Shown: in pieces, positions 59,618 to 64,000 of the stretch | Layout: each line of letters begins with the position of its first letter | How positions within the stretch are numbered: the first letter of the stretch is position 1 | Assembly: GCA_023387655.1 (NCBI GenBank) | Contig: JAEWHR010000072.1 | Span: forward strand, 8,509 to 72,508 | DNA: 64,000 nt | Direction: 5' to 3' | Source of the DNA: Bacillota bacterium | GTDB taxonomy: Bacteria; Bacillota; Clostridia; Lachnospirales; Lachnospiraceae | Position numbers and translations under genes: made by a program | The notes under the pieces: model-generated | What the model saw: only the letters and a program-made list of their open reading frames with translations | Database searches by the model: none | Told to the model about the DNA's origin: nothing

Positions 59618-61465
59618 CTAATCTCTCTTTTGATTTTTCTCTTTCTCCCAAACTGCCTTATTAATATCCACTACTCGATTCGTAAGAATTACTTTATAAT
59701 ATTTCATGCCTTTATATCGAGAGGTGGAAACTCCAAAACTTGCATAGGAACTTTCATAAATATTTAGCTTTGTCATCTGATAAGATACTGGTGAGATGCT
59801 AAATGGAATAACTAGCGCATGCTTAATCAAATAGGCTTCAGCATCTGCAAATGCCGTATATCTCTCATTTAAGTCTAATACAATTTCTTTCGCTTCTGAT
59901 AACAAATCATAATAGGTCTCAATCATGGGCATAATGGATAGGCTCTCACCTTTGGAAGGTAAAAAATGCGAGGCCTGATCGTTATCAAAAATCTCTGTAA
60001 AAGTCTGTGGGTCTGCATAATCTGCACCCCAATTAGACTTTAACATGGCATAATCTCCCCTCTCTCTAACCTGTGAAGTAAAATTCTGAGAAGGTCCCGC
60101 TTCAACAACAAATTTTACAAAGTCCTTCCCAAGAATACTTTCTATCTGCTGTGCTAAAACAATACACTCATTGGCCCAGTCTGTAGAATTAGCCCGATAT
60201 CGTAGGAGGATTTTAACGGGGAAGGTACAGCCAGACTCTTTTAGCTCCCTCTTTGCCTTTTCTTTATAAATAATCGCCATATCTTTCTTAAAACTATCTC
60301 TTTTTACTATCTCAACCAGTGCCGGAAACTCTGTATAATCCTTTCCTTCAAAGCTTACGAAACTAGGCGGAGTAATTGTATTAAGCAAAAGCTCTTCTGG
60401 ATGATCTGGTTCAGCTACCCGAAGTGCTTTCACTCGGTCCATAGCACACATAATAGCAAGTCGAAAATTTTCATTTTGAACTGCCTTTTTCCAGTTATTT
60501 GGCTCATAACGTTTATCAAACTTTGGATTAAAATTAAAGATATAAAAAAAAGAATAGTCCGTTTTCTTTCTACCCCTAGTAACCAGTTCCTTTTTATCTT
60601 CTTGCTTCATGAAAGTATCAAGCAAATCCGAATGTATCGCTGCATAATCAATTTCATCACGTAATGCAAGGGCAGGTGCTAAAGTTACTGCTTCTGAATT
60701 ATAAGTTTCTTCAATCTTTTCTATGTAAACACGATCTGCATCCCAATTCGTTTCATTTTTTTGAAAAATTCGTTTTTCTTGCGGCTTAAATACTGAGAGT
60801 CTATAGGCTCCATTGTAATAGAGAGTATTGGGTCCTGTCGCTGCGCCAAATTGTTCTTTTCGTTCCTCTAACAAGGGGCCATACGCTGGCATAAAACAGC
60901 CATAAGTTAAGTAGGAAAGAAAATAAGGGCAGGGCTGTTCTAATATGTAGACCAACGTATAGTTGCCATAAGCTTTTACTCCAACTCTTTGAAAGTCTCC
61001 TTGTCTTTCATAATAATCTTTTGCATTCTTAATTAAACCGAATAAAAGCTTTGCAGTCTCACTCTCATATTCTTTCGTTAAAACATATTGCATTGCGCTG
61101 ACGAAATCCCTTGCAGTTACTTCCGCTATCTTCTCTCCTTTTTCATTCACCCAGTACTCCCCTTCTCTAAGCTCAAAAGTAATTGAAAGGCCATCCTCAC
61201 TTATCTTCCAGCTTGTCGCCAGAGAAGGAATTATATTACCAAAAGAATCATATTCCACTAAAGTATCAATGACATTAGCACCAACCCGAATTTCATGAGA
61301 AGAAGAGGTAACAAGATAATTTAACGTTGAAACCTCGGAAGAGTACAGCAATCGATAAGTAGAATCCGCCGTATTATCATTTAATTTACTTGTCCCGGAG
61401 CAACCAGAAGAAAGCAGTAAACTAAAATATAGTAAAAGAAGAGCCATTCCTTTCCATACTTTCAT
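59618..61465 (-). CDS. oppA: Oligopeptide-binding lipoprotein (AmiA/AliA-like)
   Basis: Lipobox LSSGC, LVEYD..G..IPSLA, WGADYADPQTF; start 61465 by RBS. Confidence 0.92.
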   Translation of the reverse strand: MKVWKGMALLLLYFSLLLSSGCSGTSKLNDNTADSTYRLLYSSEVSTLNYLVTSSSHEIRVGANVIDTLVEYDSFGNIIPSLATSWKISEDGLSITFELREGEYWVNEKGEKIAEVTARDFVSAMQYVLTKEYESETAKLLFGLIKNAKDYYERQGDFQRVGVKAYGNYTLVYILEQPCPYFLSYLTYGCFMPAYGPLLEERKEQFGAATGPNTLYYNGAYRLSVFKPQEKRIFQKNETNWDADRVYIEKIEETYNSEAVTLAPALALRDEIDYAAIHSDLLDTFMKQEDKKELVTRGRKKTDYSFFYIFNFNPKFDKRYEPNNWKKAVQNENFRLAIMCAMDRVKALRVAEPDHPEELLLNTITPPSFVSFEGKDYTEFPALVEIVKRDSFKKDMAIIYKEKAKRELKESGCTFPVKILLRYRANSTDWANECIVLAQQIESILGKDFVKFVVEAGPSQNFTSQVRERGDYAMLKSNWGADYADPQTFTEIFDNDQASHFLPSKGESLSIMPMIETYYDLLSEAKEIVLDLNERYTAFADAEAYLIKHALVIPFSISPVSYQMTKLNIYESSYASFGVSTSRYKGMKYYKVILTNRVVDINKAVWEKEKNQKRD

Positions 61466-61659
61466 TACTGCCTCCAGTTTCCTACCTATCATCCTTAAAA
61501 GAATTCCTGTCTTATAACTTTATTTTTCAAAGACAAAAATTATGAGTTTATTCTAAATAAATATCAACTGAATCTTTATCTGATAAGTATAGTATCATTT
61601 CAATAGTTTTTAAGGTGACCTTAATAAAGGTTCCCTGAAATCCGGGCGTTCTCTCTCTT

Positions 61660-62005
61660 TTATGCCGTTTCTTTTAATGGATTGTTGTCCAAGCCATTCA
61701 TTTTGAATTTTTGCATGCAGCTTATTGATGTCATATACAAAAATAAGAAAGAGAAATTCAGTTTTTACACCGGTTTTGCCACGGGTAAGAAATCTTTTAT
61801 ATTTATAATCATTTTTTTAGGACTCAGAATGCTCCTTCTACCTGGATTGAACGGTTCATCCGCAGTTCGGTTCCTTTCGTAGAAATGACATTTTCATACG
61901 ATATCTGCCGTCTGGTAACGAATACTTTTGAGACCTACATCTTTCGGTTTCCCTGGTTTTTTGTACATTTTTTTTGTGAGGATATCCAGTGCAGCCTTCA
62001 CATTC
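61660..62005 (-). pseudogene. Decayed C-terminal fragment of an IS1182-family transposase
   Basis: Manual translation ECEGCTGYPHKKKCTKNQGNRKM*VSK...LRMNRSIQVEGAF*VLK/DYKYKRFLTRGKTGVKTEF...YDINKLHAKIQN; stops at 61935-37 and 61824-26; frameshifts. Confidence 0.82.
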
Positions 62006-62014
62006 GGACTACAA

Positions 62015-62156
62015 GCTATTCTTTATATGACACTTACAGGATTTTTAAAGTTCGAGCCGTTATCTGCTCGTCAATTTATCGGAGCATTTGAAATAGCTGT
62101 TGTTTCTGATGTTTTGGTATGAGTTAGTTAAAGTATTTAAGAAACGTGGTTGCTGA
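62015..62156 (+). pseudogene. Frameshifted C-terminal tail of a cation-transporting P-type ATPase
   Basis: AILYMTLTGFLKFEPLSARQFIGAFEIAVVS / FWYELVKVFKKRGC* resembles the last helices (..PLS..Q......WYELVK) of type II P-type ATPases. Confidence 0.55.
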
Positions 62157-62578
62157 TGATGGGAACCAAAGGATGAATATATACTGAGAAGAATTCTTCT
62201 ACTTGGTTTTAATACAGTAAGCTAGATAAAATTTGTTATTTTATTATTAGGATATCTTTGATAAATTTATCTTAGATAGCCTATTTTGTTGATTTCTAAT
62301 AATTGAAGATATGAAACAGGCACATGTCATGCTATGAAAGTAATACATATTTAAATTTACTTAATGTTATTCTTTTATACCACAAAATCAACGGAATGTA
62401 ATGTTTATAGTCCTATTATATTCATAACTAAATTGTGAATGTAAAAAAGCAATGTAAAGATGATATAATTCTGATTTAGAGAGTTACTTAATTCATTTAG
62501 TAGATATATGGATTTTATAGCGAAATTTAACAAAAACATTAAAACATTAAATTTAATTCATAAGAAAAATGGATAAAA

Positions 62579-62607
62579 TTGACAATATTCATATATTGTG
62601 TTATTAT
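62579..62607 (+). promoter_or_regulatory. Sigma-A promoter
   Basis: TTGACA-N17-TATTAT with TG extension. Confidence 0.7.
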
Positions 62608-62661
62608 CAATTTGCGCGCATATGTAGAATAATAAATATTATATAAAAGAAAGGATTTGAT

Positions 62662-64000
62662 ATGAAAAAATTTATTACTTTTATTTTTCTATTATCACTA
62701 TTAAGTACATTTATAGTAAATCCAACTAAAGTAATAGCTGTTGATTCAATAACATTAGATGTTGTAATTGATAATACATCAAACTCTGAACTTATTAAAT
62801 CATTTTTAATTACAGAAGACTTCGGTTCAAGTTCACTGAAGTATGAAATAAACGAGGCAGGTAACTATGGTCCCGAATCATTTTGGATTGACAATGACGG
62901 TAGTATCTTCGTTTTGGATACTCTAAATACACGTATAGTTAGTTTTATTAACGGTGACATAAAACATATACAATTAAATGAGAGTATTTATCCTACTGAC
63001 ATTATTCATAATGATAATTATTTTTATATTTTAGATACTTTTTCTGATAATAAATTATTAGTTTATGATGATAATGGACTGTACTTAGCATCTTTAGATC
63101 TATCGCAATTCGATATGCATCCACGTAATCTTTCTAAAAGTAATAATAACATAATAGTTAAAAGTAGTGAACAGAACATGGATGTACAGGTAATATATAG
63201 GAATAATGAACTTAATTTTATAGAGAATGCTAACACTAATGTTTTAAATAAAACAAAATTAAATAATGTTGATTTTTCCCAACAAATTGATAACGATAAT
63301 AACGAATTAACATATGCATTAAACACTAAGCTTGTTCCTAATTGTTCAATTATTGCAGGTGAGCTAGTTGTTTCTTGTACTAACAAGTCACAAAATGAAC
63401 TAGGTAACTATATTATACCTACAGATGAATTTAGCTATATCCCAGAAAATTTTATTAGAATTGTAAACAATAAAATCTATCTTATGGTACCAACTTCAAA
63501 TGCAATTGAAATACGGGTAGTTAGTTTAGGAAAGCTAAATAAATCAAATATGAATGAAATCAGTAAAAATGCTTTGCAATTACAGGAAGCATATAGTAGT
63601 TCAAATGATAGAAGAGTATTAGAACGTGCATCTGTTATATCATTAACACGTTCAGAAGTACTTGATCGTGCTAATAGAATGGCAACCTATACATGGACTT
63701 TAACTTCAAAAAATATAAATATAAATTCTGTACCCTCTGCATCACAAAAAGATGTTATTTTACCTTACTACATAAGACAACTTATAAGTGCAGGTAAATT
63801 AGATAATGGTGGTTCAGTATCGATGTCAGGTATACCATATTGTTGGGGCGGATTTATGTCACAGTATAGCAAGACAAGTAGTTATTCTTTCGATGATGCT
63901 ATTAGTAAAGGGTATTATGCAGGTAATGTATCTGGCTCATCTTCTGGTTATGTAAGTGGCACTGCAGGCCTTGATTGTTCAGGTTTTGTTTCGGCAGCAT
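62662..64000 (+). CDS. Secreted protein with N-terminal NHL/beta-propeller-like region and NlpC/P60 domain (runs off window)
   Basis: AAAGGA RBS; MKKFITFIFLLSLL..VIA signal; GPESFWIDNDGSIFVLDTLNTRIV; GIPYCWGG...GLDCSGFVSAA; open to window end; not in ORF track. Confidence 0.85.
   Translation, partial: MKKFITFIFLLSLLSTFIVNPTKVIAVDSITLDVVIDNTSNSELIKSFLITEDFGSSSLKYEINEAGNYGPESFWIDNDGSIFVLDTLNTRIVSFINGDIKHIQLNESIYPTDIIHNDNYFYILDTFSDNKLLVYDDNGLYLASLDLSQFDMHPRNLSKSNNNIIVKSSEQNMDVQVIYRNNELNFIENANTNVLNKTKLNNVDFSQQIDNDNNELTYALNTKLVPNCSIIAGELVVSCTNKSQNELGNYIIPTDEFSYIPENFIRIVNNKIYLMVPTSNAIEIRVVSLGKLNKSNMNEISKNALQLQEAYSSSNDRRVLERASVISLTRSEVLDRANRMATYTWTLTSKNININSVPSASQKDVILPYYIRQLISAGKLDNGGSVSMSGIPYCWGGFMSQYSKTSSYSFDDAISKGYYAGNVSGSSSGYVSGTAGLDCSGFVSAA

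Noticed and set aside
61682..62122. Three short plus-strand ORFs in the track
   Set aside because: Antisense to the transposase relic; only the last ~35 codons of 61928-62122 appear to derive from a real (ATPase) gene
63063..63386. 107-aa minus-strand ORF
   Set aside because: Shadow of the long plus-strand NlpC/P60 gene

Overview
AT-rich Firmicute chromosomal window. Gene content and gene order suggest Lachnospiraceae (Lachnoclostridium-like); this is inference. Most genes lie on the minus strand and are housekeeping or metabolic. In order: purC (partial), a DUF1653 protein, nrdG-nrdD with tandem NrdR boxes, and a five-gene polyamine operon (decarboxylase-speE-speB-CASDH-nspC) behind a structured leader resembling the ldcC RNA motif. 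Next come a GH36 alpha-galactosidase, a secreted EEP-jacalin fusion, an AKR/ECF-S/DUF1893 module, an S8 protease, an SH3-M23 hydrolase with a WalR-type box, an ArsR regulator with an ABC exporter pair, and a PgdA-like deacetylase. These are followed by an aryl-acid cluster (iorAB, two ACT proteins, two paaK-like ligases, a Na+ symporter) in which two promoters share a 19-bp motif, two convergent Cys-rich small genes, aroC, two MCPs, Re-citrate synthase-icd-gntR, mgsA, an atypical carbamate kinase, two GT2s, a DUF6465-like protein and oppABCDF. The right end holds a scar not captured by the ORF track (decayed IS1182-family transposase plus a P-type ATPase tail), then a very AT-rich secreted beta-propeller/NlpC-P60 gene that runs off the window. 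I saw no rRNA, tRNA or CRISPR array. All family assignments come from motif recognition, not database searches.
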